DNA from: an uncultured Alphaproteobacteria bacterium
GTDB lineage: Bacteria > Pseudomonadota > Alphaproteobacteria > Rhizobiales > Xanthobacteraceae
Length of the DNA stretch: 64,000 nt
Direction of reading: 5' to 3'
NCBI GenBank assembly: GCA_963831975.1
Contig: CAWHSO010000025.1
Location: 1,576,120 to 1,640,119 of the forward strand
Shown here piece by piece: positions 11,777-24,709 of this stretch. The translations under genes were made by a program, and so were the position numbers. A model generated the notes under the pieces. It saw nothing but the letters and a program-made list of their open reading frames with translations, ran no database searches and had not been told where the DNA came from. How positions within the stretch are numbered: the stretch's first letter is position 1; every line of letters begins with the position of its first letter.

Positions 11777-11968
11777 TTAAGCCCGGATGTCGATCTTGCT
11801 GCCGATCTTGCCGGTCTTGCTCGGCGCCGAGGCCACGCTCGAGCCTGTGGCATCGACATCGGTGAGCGATTGGCCGCGATGGCTGCCGTGCTTGTGGTGC
11901 GACAGCGATTGCATCGCCTGTTGGCTCGAGGCGTGAAAACCTGCCGAAGACATTCCGGAAATGGCCAT
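11777..11968 (-). CDS. Hypothetical small protein (63 aa)
   Basis: ORF only. Ser/His-rich, located directly upstream of the GNAT gene. No family recognised. Confidence 0.25.
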   Translation of the reverse strand: MAISGMSSAGFHASSQQAMQSLSHHKHGSHRGQSLTDVDATGSSVASAPSKTGKIGSKIDIRA

Positions 11969-12051
11969 GACACTGATCTCCAGCGATGCCCGCTTGCGTC
12001 GCGTCGCCCCTAATCAATCGTGAACGATCATGGTTAATGAAGACTTATCGC

Positions 12052-12678
12052 TCATCCGTTGAGGACCGCGCGCACGCCGTCGACCACATATTGCACGGCA
12101 AGCGCGGCAAGCAGCACGCCGAGGAGCCGCGACAGCACGATATTGCCGGTCAGGCCGATGGCGCGGCCGATCCGCTCGGCAAACAGGAAAGCGACAAAAC
12201 ACGAGGCCGCGACCAGCACCACGACCGCGATCAAGACCGCGATCAGCATCGGATTGCCGCCGGCACGTCCGGCCAACAGCACGGTGGCGGTGATCGCGCC
12301 GGGACCGGCCAGCAGCGGGATCGCCAGCGGGAAGGCGGCAATGTTGCGGACATGCTCTTCGACCGCTTCCTCGGCCTCCCGGCTCTCGCGGCGCAGCCGC
12401 ACGCCGAACACCATTTCGGAAGCGATCGAGAACAACAGCAGCCCGCCGGCGATGCGGAACGCCGGCAGCGAAATCGACAGCGTGTGCAGCAGCCAATCGC
12501 CGATCAGCGCCGTGCCGATGAGGATCGCGCCGGCGATGATGCTGGCGCGCACCGCGACGCTGCGGCGGGCCGCGCGCGGCAAGTCTTCGGTCACGGCGAG
12601 GAAGGTCGGCACCAGCCCCACCGGATCGACCACGACCAGCAGCGTCAGCAGCGCCGAAATTGCAAAGTCGAGCGGCAT
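12052..12678 (-). CDS. MarC family (UPF0056) integral membrane protein
   Basis: Intact 208-aa ORF. MPLDFAISALLTLLVVVDPVGLVPTFL N-terminus and multiple TM helices typical of MarC/YhgN. Confidence 0.8.
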   Translation of the reverse strand: MPLDFAISALLTLLVVVDPVGLVPTFLAVTEDLPRAARRSVAVRASIIAGAILIGTALIGDWLLHTLSISLPAFRIAGGLLLFSIASEMVFGVRLRRESREAEEAVEEHVRNIAAFPLAIPLLAGPGAITATVLLAGRAGGNPMLIAVLIAVVVLVAASCFVAFLFAERIGRAIGLTGNIVLSRLLGVLLAALAVQYVVDGVRAVLNG

Positions 12679-12708
12679 GACTCACACGATCAAGATCGGC
12701 CGCGCGCG

Positions 12709-13566
12709 CTAGAACCCGGCGACCATTTCCAAAGTCTTGCCGGCCTGGGCGCGGCGGACGGCGTCGAGTTGATCCGGCGAATGGCGAAGCTGGCCGATCT
12801 CCTTGGCGAATTCCGGCATGGCGCGCAGTTTCTCGGCCCAGGCGTGCACGCGCGGATGCAGCCGCGCGAACGGATAGCCGGCGAGCGATAGCCGGTGCTG
12901 GTAGATCAGCCAGGCGATGTCGAGCACGCTCAAATCGTCGCCCATCAGATAGGGCTGCTGCGCGAGCTTTTTCTCCAGCGCGTCGAACTCGGCACGGAAT
13001 TTCAATGCCGATGCGCGCGCCCGCTCGTCGGTAAAACCTTCCTTGGCGGCGCGCTGCCAGAACTCGATCTGGATCTGCTTCTCGTGGTCGTTCACGCCCT
13101 GCACGGTGCCGGAGCCGTTGGCGCGGTAGCTTTCGAGCGCGGCCACGGGTTTTGGCGGCCCGGGCGGCGCGAACACGAAGCGGAAGCTCAACGTGCGCAG
13201 ATCGAGATGCAGGTCGTCCTCGTGCTTGAGCAGCGCCGCCACCTCGTTCTCGTGGCCGGCCGGAATCAGCCGCGGCGTCGGGAATGTCCGTTCCAGATAC
13301 TGGATGATGTCGTTGCTCTCGATATGCACGGCGCCGTCGTGCACCAGCACCGGCACCAGGCCGCGCGGATTGATGCCGAGAAACCACGGCTGCATGTTCT
13401 CATAGGCCGGCAGATCGATCGGATGCGACTGCCAGGGGATGCCCTTGAGGTTGAGGAAGATGCGCAGCTTCTGCGAGCACGACGAGCCCATGAAGTGCAG
13501 CACGTGCACGCCCTTCCAGCCCAGCACCTCGCGGGTCTTGATGTCGCCGTCCGCCAACTGAACCAT
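12709..13566 (-). CDS. Glutathione S-transferase family protein
   Basis: Intact 285-aa ORF. Thioredoxin-like N-domain (SSCSQKLRIFLNLKGIPW ... NPRGLVPVLVHDGAVHIESNDIIQYLE) plus a helical C-domain. Confidence 0.8.
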   Translation of the reverse strand: MVQLADGDIKTREVLGWKGVHVLHFMGSSCSQKLRIFLNLKGIPWQSHPIDLPAYENMQPWFLGINPRGLVPVLVHDGAVHIESNDIIQYLERTFPTPRLIPAGHENEVAALLKHEDDLHLDLRTLSFRFVFAPPGPPKPVAALESYRANGSGTVQGVNDHEKQIQIEFWQRAAKEGFTDERARASALKFRAEFDALEKKLAQQPYLMGDDLSVLDIAWLIYQHRLSLAGYPFARLHPRVHAWAEKLRAMPEFAKEIGQLRHSPDQLDAVRRAQAGKTLEMVAGF

Positions 13567-13798
13567 GAAGCGCTTCTCCCTTTTTCGCGCCCATCATAGG
13601 GGCCGGGCGCGATTGTGTAAGCCTCGATGGCGCGCTTTCGAAATCGCCATCCCCGAGGCCGCCAAATTGGCGCGAAGTGTGGCAATAACGCCTTGAAATT
13701 AATATGGAAAATCCTATCTAGGAGAAGCCGATAAAGGTGGCGTAACGGCACCCGATCGGCTATGAAATTCAGCAGCAATTCGTTCAGGAATTCCAGCT

Positions 13799-16524
<2,726 letters not shown>

Positions 16525-16531
16525 CCGCTTC

Positions 16532-16604
16532 GTCATCGCGAGCGCAGCGAAGCAATCCAGCGCTGAGCTGCCGAACTGGATTGCTTCGCTTCGCTCGCAA
16601 TGAC
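16532..16604. repeat. Palindromic REP element (same family as 10608-10686), probable terminator of gyrA
   Basis: gtcatcgcgagcgcagcgaagcaatccag...ctggattgcttcgcttcgctcgcaatgac, starting 8 nt after the gyrA stop. Confidence 0.8.
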
Positions 16605-16944
16605 GGCAAAGGTTGCGCCCCGTGGAACCCACATAATTTTTCTTTTCATTGACGGATTGACAACGCCGAGAGTCGGCGCAGAATTTCTTCGCAACCTTCC
16701 GACCATGGAGGTGCCGATGGAACCACCGGGCTTTAAGGCCGCATCGATTGTTGCGTGACGCGTTCGGTACGCAGCATAGCGGCAAGCGCGAACGTCTTCG
16801 CCGGCGGCGACTTCAGCGGGTCGCATCAGTGAGGCAAGACCCCACCTTAGTCGCCCCGGCGTCAAGCTTTTGCTGGAACGCCGGTTGCAGCGCAGGCGGG
16901 AAGTTTGTCGCGATCATCCCCACCCAAGCAACCGTTCTCAAATT

Positions 16945-17670
16945 TCATGCCGCGGCGAGACGCGGCAGGAGCAGCGGCTTGCGGCCCTGATCGAGCTCGG
17001 CGACTTTCCGGGCGATCGACGGATTGGCGCGCATCAGGGCGAGGCGCTCGGCGAGCCGTTCGCCGCTGAGCACGTTGGGGAAGTTGAAGCTGTCGTGGAA
17101 CATGAAGTGCCGGGAGTTTTCCGTTGGCCGCGTGCATTCCAGCGAGAAGCGCGACGCCAAAGTCTCGGTCGGCCAGCGGAAACCGCATTGCTCGAGCGTC
17201 GGCCTGTAGATGCGGCTGATCAGATGGTCTTCCTGGCTGATGGTGAGCGGGAAGCAATCCTTGTGCTGTTGCAGGAATTTCATCAGCTTGCGCGAACGCA
17301 ACGCGCAGCCGTTGCCGACATTGAGCGCGTCGTTGTACCACCATGGCGCGCCGACATAGTCGTAAGCCAGAAATTCGTTCGACCAGCAGCCGGCATCGAC
17401 GATCCAGGAATCCCATTGGATGTTGATGGCGAATTTCGTCGTGATGTGATCGGGCAATTCGTACCACATGAAGTGCGAGCATTGGCCGATGTTCGGCCAT
17501 TTCGGCACTTTGACGAAGCGCGTGCCTTCGACCGCGATCGGTTCGTCGGCGAAGATGACGGCGTCGCCGAAGGCGATATCGCGCAGCAAATCGGCCATGG
17601 CGAGCCGCGCCAGGGCGTGACACTGGGTGTCGATCATGACCAGCGTCACGTCGGGTAGGTGCAGCTTCAT
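16945..17670 (-). CDS. DUF5672-type protein (putative glycosyltransferase-like)
   Basis: Intact ORF. MKLHLPDVTLVMIDTQCHALARLA ... DYVGAPWW ... GNGCALRSRKLM pattern characteristic of DUF5672. Confidence 0.6.
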   Translation of the reverse strand: MKLHLPDVTLVMIDTQCHALARLAMADLLRDIAFGDAVIFADEPIAVEGTRFVKVPKWPNIGQCSHFMWYELPDHITTKFAINIQWDSWIVDAGCWSNEFLAYDYVGAPWWYNDALNVGNGCALRSRKLMKFLQQHKDCFPLTISQEDHLISRIYRPTLEQCGFRWPTETLASRFSLECTRPTENSRHFMFHDSFNFPNVLSGERLAERLALMRANPSIARKVAELDQGRKPLLLPRLAAA

Positions 17671-17796
17671 CGCCAGCTCCCGGTCAAATCGGCCCAAACG
17701 GCGGCGCGTTGCGAAAACCGATGGTCGGCCGGCGTAGTTAATTTTCTGTATACGGGTGTCGGCTAAGGATGACGGCAGCCCGCAAAGATCGCCGCG

Positions 17797-19686
17797 ATGC
17801 CAGCATTGTCTCCCTTCGCCGAAGCTTTAGCGCTGCATCAGGCCGGCCGGCTCGAGGACGCCGAGAAGATCTATCAGCGCGTTCTCAAGAAAATTCCCGA
17901 TCATTTCGATGCACTGCATTTGCTCGGCGTCGTTTTCCACCAGCGCGGCAACCATGCGCAGGCGGTCCGGCAGATCGATTTGGCGCTCAAGCGCAGCCCG
18001 CAAAACCACTTCGCCCTGAACAATCGCGGCATCGCGCTGGTCGAGCTCAAACGCTTCGACGAGGCGCTGGCGACGCTGGACCGCGCCATCGCGGCGCGGC
18101 CGGATTACGCCGAGGCGCATTCCAATCGCGGCAATGTGCTCAAGGAGCTCAAGCGGTTCGATCCGGCGCTGTCGAGCTACGACCGCGCGGTTGCGCTGCG
18201 GCCGGACTTTGCCGACGCACATTCCAATCGAAGTAACGTGCTCAACGCCTTGAAACGCTTCACAGAAGCGCTCGCCGCGTCCGACCGGGCGCTGGCGCTG
18301 CGGCCGGGCTTTGCCGAGGCGCATTCCAACCGCGGCAACGCATTGAGCGGCCTCAAGCGTTTTGCCGAAGCCCTGACGGCTTGCGACCGCGCATTGGCGC
18401 TGCGGCCGGATTTTGCCGAGGCGCACTGCAATCGCGGCACTGCGCTCCAAGAGCTGGGCCGGTTCGAGGACGCGCTGGCAAGCTTCGACCGCGCCATCGC
18501 TGAGCGGCCGGATTTTGCCGAGGCGCACTGCAATCGCGGCAATGCGCTCCAGGAGCTGCAGCGCCTCGATGAGGCACTGGCCGCCCATGACCGCGCGCTT
18601 TCGCTGCGGCCGGACTTTGCCGACGCCCATTACAATCGCGCCAATGCGCTGCAGGCGCAAAAGCGCTTCGCCGAGGCGCTTTCGAGCTACGACGACGCGA
18701 TCGCGCTGCGGCCGGATTTTGCCGACGCGCATTTCAATGAGGCGCTGTGCCGGCTGGTCACCGGCGATTTTACGCGGGGCTGGGAAAAGTACGAGTGGCG
18801 CTGGCAGACCACGCAGATCGGCGACCACAAGCGCACGTTTGCCCAGCCGCTGTGGACCGGATCGGATGCCGTTGCCGGCAAGACCATTCTGCTCCACGCC
18901 GAGCAGGGTCTTGGCGATACGCTGCAGTTCTGCCGCTACGTGCCGCTGGTCGCCGCGCGCGCCGGGCGCGTCATCCTGGAAGTGCCGAAACCATTGCACG
19001 AATTGATGCGAAGCCTTGGCGGCGGCGCGCAGATTGTCGCGATGGGCGAGCCATTGCCCGATTTCGACATGCATTGCCCGCTGCTGAGCCTGCCGCTGGC
19101 ATTCGGCACCACGCTCGAAACGATCCCAGCGCGGATGCCTTATCTTGGCGCGTCCGAAGCCAAGGCGCGTGCGTGGCGCGATCGTCTCGGCGCGCACAAA
19201 AAAATGCGGATCGGTCTCGTCTGGGCCGGCAATCCGCGCAAGGAGCTGCCGGGATCGAACCGGATCGATCGTCTGCGCAGCATGGCGTTCGAGCGGCTAG
19301 AGCCGCTGTTTGGGATCGCCGGTTGCGAATTCTACAGCTTGCAAAAAGGCGACGACGCGGTGGCGCAGCTGCGCGAAAGCCCGCTGCGTCACCGCGTGAT
19401 CGACTGGACCGACGACCTGCACGATTTTTCCGATACCGCCGCGCTGGTCGATAATCTGGATCTCGTCATTGCGGTGGACACGTCGGTGGCCCACCTTGCC
19501 GGCGCGCTCGGCAAGCCGTTTTGGCTGCTCAATCGCGACGGCACCTGTTGGCGCTGGCTGCTCGGTCGCGACGACAGCCCCTGGTATCCGACCGCGCGGC
19601 AGTTTCGCCAGGACGACAGCCGTGACTGGGACGGCGTGATCGCCCGCGTTGCCTCAGCTTTGGCCGACCACGTTCGCCGGGCCTGA
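17797..19686 (+). CDS. TPR-repeat protein with a C-terminal glycosyltransferase family 9-like domain
   Basis: Intact 629-aa ORF. About nine 34-aa TPR units (RPDFAEAHSNRGNAL..L.RF.EAL...DRALALRPDFA), then GKTILLHAEQGLGDTLQFCRYVPL ... VIAVDTSVAHLAGALGKPFWLL (GT9/heptosyltransferase-like). Confidence 0.8.
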   Translation: MPALSPFAEALALHQAGRLEDAEKIYQRVLKKIPDHFDALHLLGVVFHQRGNHAQAVRQIDLALKRSPQNHFALNNRGIALVELKRFDEALATLDRAIAARPDYAEAHSNRGNVLKELKRFDPALSSYDRAVALRPDFADAHSNRSNVLNALKRFTEALAASDRALALRPGFAEAHSNRGNALSGLKRFAEALTACDRALALRPDFAEAHCNRGTALQELGRFEDALASFDRAIAERPDFAEAHCNRGNALQELQRLDEALAAHDRALSLRPDFADAHYNRANALQAQKRFAEALSSYDDAIALRPDFADAHFNEALCRLVTGDFTRGWEKYEWRWQTTQIGDHKRTFAQPLWTGSDAVAGKTILLHAEQGLGDTLQFCRYVPLVAARAGRVILEVPKPLHELMRSLGGGAQIVAMGEPLPDFDMHCPLLSLPLAFGTTLETIPARMPYLGASEAKARAWRDRLGAHKKMRIGLVWAGNPRKELPGSNRIDRLRSMAFERLEPLFGIAGCEFYSLQKGDDAVAQLRESPLRHRVIDWTDDLHDFSDTAALVDNLDLVIAVDTSVAHLAGALGKPFWLLNRDGTCWRWLLGRDDSPWYPTARQFRQDDSRDWDGVIARVASALADHVRRA

Positions 19687-19792
19687 ACACGGCGATTGGT
19701 GTACTGTTGCCACCGTAATTTCCCGGCGGCGCCATGGAACTTTTCCCAGAGCGAGGGATTACCCCGCCGGCATATCACGTGGGGAAACAGCT

Positions 19793-20095
19793 ATGAATCT
19801 TTCCAATCAAAGTCTTTTGGTCATCCTTGTGGTCGGCATCGTCGCCGGCTGGCTGGCCGGCCGGGTGATGGCCGGCGGTGGCTTTGGCCTGATCGGCGAT
19901 CTGATCGTCGGCCTGATCGGCGCCTTCATCGGCGACTGGCTGTTGCCGCAGCTCGGCGTCCATCTCGGCACCGGTATCCTTTCGCTCATATTGAACGCGT
20001 TCATCGGCGCAGTCGTGCTCTTGCTCATCCTTCGCCTGGTGAGCGGCGGCTTTCGGCCGGCGCGATGGGGCAGGCGCTGGTACGCCGCGGTCTAA
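19793..20095 (+). CDS. GlsB/YeaQ/YmgE family (transglycosylase-associated) stress membrane protein
   Basis: LVILVVGIVAGWLAGRVMAGGGFGLIGDLIVGLIGAFIGDWL is typical of the family. ATG at 19793. Confidence 0.8.
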   Translation: MNLSNQSLLVILVVGIVAGWLAGRVMAGGGFGLIGDLIVGLIGAFIGDWLLPQLGVHLGTGILSLILNAFIGAVVLLLILRLVSGGFRPARWGRRWYAAV

Positions 20096-20598
20096 TTGGC
20101 CGGCGGCCAGCCCGCCGCCGGATACGGCACGTGCATGGTCATCAGCACGATCGGCGCGCCGCCGCTCGGGATCACCTGGTGCGGGGTGTTGTAGGGGATC
20201 AGGATCATATCGCCCTTGACCACCTGGTGCGACACGCCGCCCGAGATCGATGAGCCGGTGAGATTGTTGGCGTTGACGCGCTTCTCATCGACGAGCTTGC
20301 CTTCGGTGACGATATCGCCGGTGCCTTGGAGCACGACCATCAGTTCGGCGTCGTGCTCGTGCAATGCCGCCGGCGCGTTGCCGGGGCGGTATTCGAGCTG
20401 CGCCCGGTAGGGCGCCAGCAGCAGGATGGGCTCGGCCGTCACCGGCGCGTCGCCCTTGCGGTCGGCTTTTGCCTTGTCGACCAGGGCCATGATGTCTTTA
20501 TCGCTCATGAACACCGAAGCCGGCGCCGTGGTTTGCGCCCAGGCATGAGACGCGACGGCTGTGGCAATGATCGTGAAAGCTGCGAGTTGCACACGCAT
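20092..20598 (-). CDS. Secreted cupin-domain protein
   Basis: Intact 168-aa ORF with a signal peptide (MRVQLAAFTIIATAVASHAWA) and a cupin-like HEHDAELMVVLQGTG ... GDMILIPYNTPH. Confidence 0.65.
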   Translation of the reverse strand: MRVQLAAFTIIATAVASHAWAQTTAPASVFMSDKDIMALVDKAKADRKGDAPVTAEPILLLAPYRAQLEYRPGNAPAALHEHDAELMVVLQGTGDIVTEGKLVDEKRVNANNLTGSSISGGVSHQVVKGDMILIPYNTPHQVIPSGGAPIVLMTMHVPYPAAGWPPAN

Positions 20599-20743
20599 AA
20601 AATCCTCCCGGTATTTGTTTTGTAGCGCCGCCCATGATCGGGCAGGCGGGCGCTCGACACAAGTACCGATTGTGCCGTTGCCGCTTGCGTGCGCGTCCTA
20701 GGCGACTAACATCGCCGCAGCGCCGTCCACAGAAAGTATTCCA

Positions 20744-21622
20744 ATGACCATGCCGATTACGCTCAAGGACATCACAATCCATCCCGTCATCGAGCAGCAG
20801 GGCGCGTTCTTCGACGCCATGGGATTTTTCCCGACCATAACCAAGGAGTTGCTCGACGAGAACCGCCCCTGGCTGCAGCCGGCATTCCTCGATCCGGCCG
20901 ACAAGCTGATGCTCTGCATCCAAAGCTTCGTCATCAAGACGCCGCACCACAACATCCTGGTCGATGCCTGCGTCGGCAATCACAAGCCGCGGCCGACGCG
21001 GCCGTTCTGGCACATGATGAACAGCGATCGGTTCGAGAAGGGGCTTGAGGCGGCGGGCCTCAGCGTCAACGATATCGACTACGTGATGTGCACGCACCTG
21101 CACACCGATCACGTCGGCTGGAACACCAAGCTCGAAAACGGCCGCTGGGTGCCGACCTTCCCCAAGGCGAAATACATCATGGCCGACCGCGAGCTCGAGC
21201 ACTGGACGGCGCGGCAGAAGGACAATCCCGACAGCGTGCCGTGGATCACCAACTCGGTGCTGCCGATCATCGCGGCCAAGCGCGCCCAGATCGTCAAAAG
21301 CGATTTCGTCTTCAATGAGCAGCTGCAGTTCATTCCGACGCCCGGCCACACCATCGATCATTTCTCGGTGCTGGTCGGCCGCGCCGGCGCCGACGCGCTG
21401 ATCACCGGCGATATGATTCATTCGCCGCTGCAGGGCAAATATCCCGAGCTCGGCATGATGGCCGATTACAATTCGCCGCAGGCCGGAAAAACCCGGCGCA
21501 AAGTGTTCGACCGTTTCTGCGAGGAGCCGACCATCATGTGCGCGACCCATTTTCCGGCGCCCTCGACCGGCCGGGTGCGGCGCTGGGGCGACGGCTTCAA
21601 ATTCGTCGGGGCGGCCGGTTGA
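20744..21622 (+). CDS. MBL-fold metallo-hydrolase
   Basis: Intact 292-aa ORF containing the CTHLHTDHVGW (HxHxDH) motif. Confidence 0.85.
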   Translation: MTMPITLKDITIHPVIEQQGAFFDAMGFFPTITKELLDENRPWLQPAFLDPADKLMLCIQSFVIKTPHHNILVDACVGNHKPRPTRPFWHMMNSDRFEKGLEAAGLSVNDIDYVMCTHLHTDHVGWNTKLENGRWVPTFPKAKYIMADRELEHWTARQKDNPDSVPWITNSVLPIIAAKRAQIVKSDFVFNEQLQFIPTPGHTIDHFSVLVGRAGADALITGDMIHSPLQGKYPELGMMADYNSPQAGKTRRKVFDRFCEEPTIMCATHFPAPSTGRVRRWGDGFKFVGAAG

Positions 21623-21812
21623 TATGCCGCGCGATCGTTAGCATTGGCATCGACCGGCGGTCGACGGAGCGCGTCAAGGCGTTTGCTATGTCGAGACAGC
21701 GAGGCAGAATTATTTTACGACTTTGCTCGTGGGCTGCATCAAGGATCGAGCATTGCCAGCCCCGCTATCGCGGATTTATCTTGTGGCCTGACAACCTCCG
21801 CGGGCCCACGTC

Positions 21813-24657
21813 TTGTCACGTCTCTTCATCAGCCATTCCAGCAAGGATAACGCCTCTGCAATTGCGTTCAAGCAGTGGCTGGGCAAACAACGGCTGGCCG
21901 GAAGACGATGTATTTCTCGACCTGCGAAAACATAGGCGGCAGGCGAGCGTTGGAAAGACGCGCTGCGTAAAGCGAATACGCGCTGCGAAGCTATCATTCT
22001 GCTCGTGTCGCCGGAATCGCTATCCTCGCCGGAATGTCTTGCCGAGGTGCGCAAGGCGGAGGACTACGGCAAGGAAATTATCGTCGTGCTGCTGCGCGAC
22101 ATAAAGTTCGAGGATCGGCGGCTGGATTCTACAAGGAGCGGCAGATCGTCGACCTTTCGGCGCCGCCGCAGAGCCACACTTGAGAACGGTAGACTATCGC
22201 GGGGGAGCATTTCGAAATTAAATTCAACGTCGACGCGCTCGCGAGCGTGAAGGATTATCTATTCAAGCGCGGTATCACGCCCGATCATTTTGCGTGGCCT
22301 CCCGAGGACAGGCCGGATGCAGAACCATTTCCGGGGTTGAGCGCTTTCACCGAAGGCGATGCGGGAATATTTTTTGGCCGCGACGCCGATATCGTGCGCG
22401 GTCTTGACAAGCTTCGCGTTGCTTCGCCGCGACGGCCGCCCGCGATTGCTGGTTATTCAAGCGTCCTCCGGTGCTGGCAAGTCGTCGTATCTTGCGGGCC
22501 GGCCTTTGGCCGCGGCTCGACCGCGATCCCGATTTTGCACCGCTTGCCATTGTACGGCCGGCTCAGGGCATATTGACCGGTCCGGAAGGTTTCGGCCGAA
22601 AACTCGCCGCGCGGTTGTCGCGCCCGGTTCTGCCGGTCAATGCCGGCGACATTCACGCGCAACTCATGTCCGACGACGCGGCCAAGGCCGCACGGCATCG
22701 TTCGCCAAACTGATGGCGAGCTTGCAGCCGAACAGGCGCTCGAGGAACGCCGCATCGGCGATCAAGCACGCGCGTGCGCCCGCGCTGCTTCTGGCTATCG
22801 ATCAGGCTGAGGAGCTGTTTGCGTCCGACGACGCGGAGGAAAGCCAACGCGCTCTATTTCTCCTTGCGAAGCTCATGCTGCGATCCGCCCACAGGCGTCG
22901 ATCCGTTCGCATTGCTTACGATCCGTTCTGACAACGCCGCACGGCTGTTCCAAGCCATTGCCGAAGCCGGTTTGGAGGCTCCGGAGACTTTGCCGCTATT
23001 GCCGCTGCCACAAACATCCTACCGCGATATTATCCTCAAGCCGCTCGACGTCATCGGCCGGCGCGGACAGAGTTCTGACGATTGATTCGGCGCTGACCGA
23101 GCAATTGGCTAACGGACGCGACCGGCGCGGACGCCCTGCCGTTGCTCGCGTTCACGCTTGTCGAACCTTTATCAAGAATATTCAGCGCCGGCGGCAGCAT
23201 CACGCTCGCAACAATACGATGCCATGGGCGGCGTAGCCGGCTCGATCAACATGGCGCTCAAGCGGGCGCTGAGCAAGGCCGCCGACGCTCCCGCGATTCC
23301 GGCCGCCAAGGATGACGCAGCTCGCCTGCCTGCGTGCGGCGTTTATTCCCTGGCTGGCGCGGATCGATCCCGAGAGCGGCATGCCGATGCGGCGCGTGGC
23401 ACGGCTCGAGGAATTCGCGCCGAGCGAGCGCGCCATGGTGGAGCGGTTGGTCGAGGCGCGGCTGCTCGTCGCCGACCGCCGCTCCGGAGCCGACGTCGTC
23501 GAGATTGCGCACGAAAGTCTGCTGCGCCAGTGGCCGCCGCTCACGGAATGGCTGAAGCTTGATGCCGAAAATCTCAAGTTACTTGATGCTATTGAGCGGG
23601 CCGCATCCGATTGGGTCCGGCACAGCGGCGCCGCGGCATGGCTCGACCATCGCGGCGAGCGGCTGCGTGCGGCGGAGCGATTGGCGACGCGCGCGGATTT
23701 TCGCAAGCGTCTCGGCAAACGACGGACTCGCCTATATCGAGGCCTGCCGGGCCCGGGAAGCGGCTGAGCGCAAGAGCAAGACGCTGGTGCGAATGCTGGT
23801 CGGTGGCCTCGCCGCGGCGCTGATCCTGGGCATTGCCGGCTGGAAATATCAGCGCACGCTGCAAGACGAATTTTATCGCCTGACCACCGTCGCGACACTC
23901 AGTGCGGACAAGGAAAGAGCACTCAAGCCGCACGACACGTTCCAAGAATGCGGCGATTGTCCGAAGATGACCGTGGTGCCGGCCTGGCGCGTTCAAGATG
24001 GGTTCGCCCGACAGCGATCATGTCAAGGGCGAGACGCCCCAGCACGATGTGACGATCGCGCAGCAATTCGCGGTCGGCATCTATGAAGTGACTTTCCACG
24101 AGTGGGATGCATGCGCGGCGCACGGCGGCTGCGATCCCAGTATCGGCGCCGCGGGCTGGGGACGCGACAACCGGCCGGTCATTAACGTCAGTTGGAATGA
24201 TGCTCAGATTTATGTCGCCTGGCTCAGCAAGATCACCGGTAAAACCTACCGGCTCCTGACCGAGGCACAATGGGAATACGCCGCGCGCGCGACCAAGCCG
24301 ACTTACTATTCCTTCGGCAATGACGATGGAATGCTGGACCAATTCGCCTGGTACTCCGCGAATTCACAAGCGCAGACGCATGAAGTCGGCAAAATGAAAC
24401 CCAATTTATTCGGCTTATACGACATGCATGGCAACGTCTCCGAATGGGTCGAGGATTGCCATCGCGATGGCTATCAAGGGGCCCCTACCGACGGATCGGC
24501 GTGGCGGTCGGAGGACAATTGCATTCGAAGGGTGATTCGCGGCGGTTCGTGGCTGTACGGCGCCAAGCCGCTGCGATCGGCGAGCCGCGACTGGGCGCCA
24601 CCAGACACCGGCAGAGACGATGTCGGCTTTCGCATCGCGCGGGTGCTTGCACCTTGA
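21813..24657 (+). CDS. TIR / P-loop STAND-like NTPase / TM / FGE-sulfatase (SUMF1-type) multidomain protein, heavily frame-disrupted as assembled (~948 aa reconstructed)
   Basis: TIR: (TTG)SRLFISHSSKDN ... EAIILLVSPESLSSPECLAEVRKAEDYGKEIIVVLL. Walker A LLVIQASSGAGKSSYL (~22455-22490). Walker B ALLLAIDQAEELF (~22786-22821). TM LVRMLVGGLAAALILGIAGW (~23790-23850). C-terminal FGE-sulfatase domain intact in ORF 23998-24657 (NVSWNDAQIYVAWLS ... RLLTEAQWEYAAR ... GLYDMHGNVSEWVEDC ... VIRGGSW). It requires about eight frame changes. Confidence 0.75.
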
Positions 24658-24709
24658 AGGGCCTTTTATGGCGTAGTGTTGACGTGGATTAGGGCCCCTA
24701 CATTTATCG

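Noticed and set aside
16605-16944. An AT-richer 340-bp intergenic region downstream of gyrA with TTGAC-like hexamers and a 17-codon ORF (MEVPMEPPGFKAASIVA). I considered an sRNA or leader peptide.
   Set aside because: I could find no terminator hairpin, conserved structure or downstream gene in the right orientation. This cannot be supported without transcript data.
17950-18750. 102-bp periodicity with recurring gcgctgcggccggattttgccgaggcgca blocks.
   Set aside because: These are coding 34-aa TPR units inside the intact ORF 17797-19686, not a non-coding repeat.
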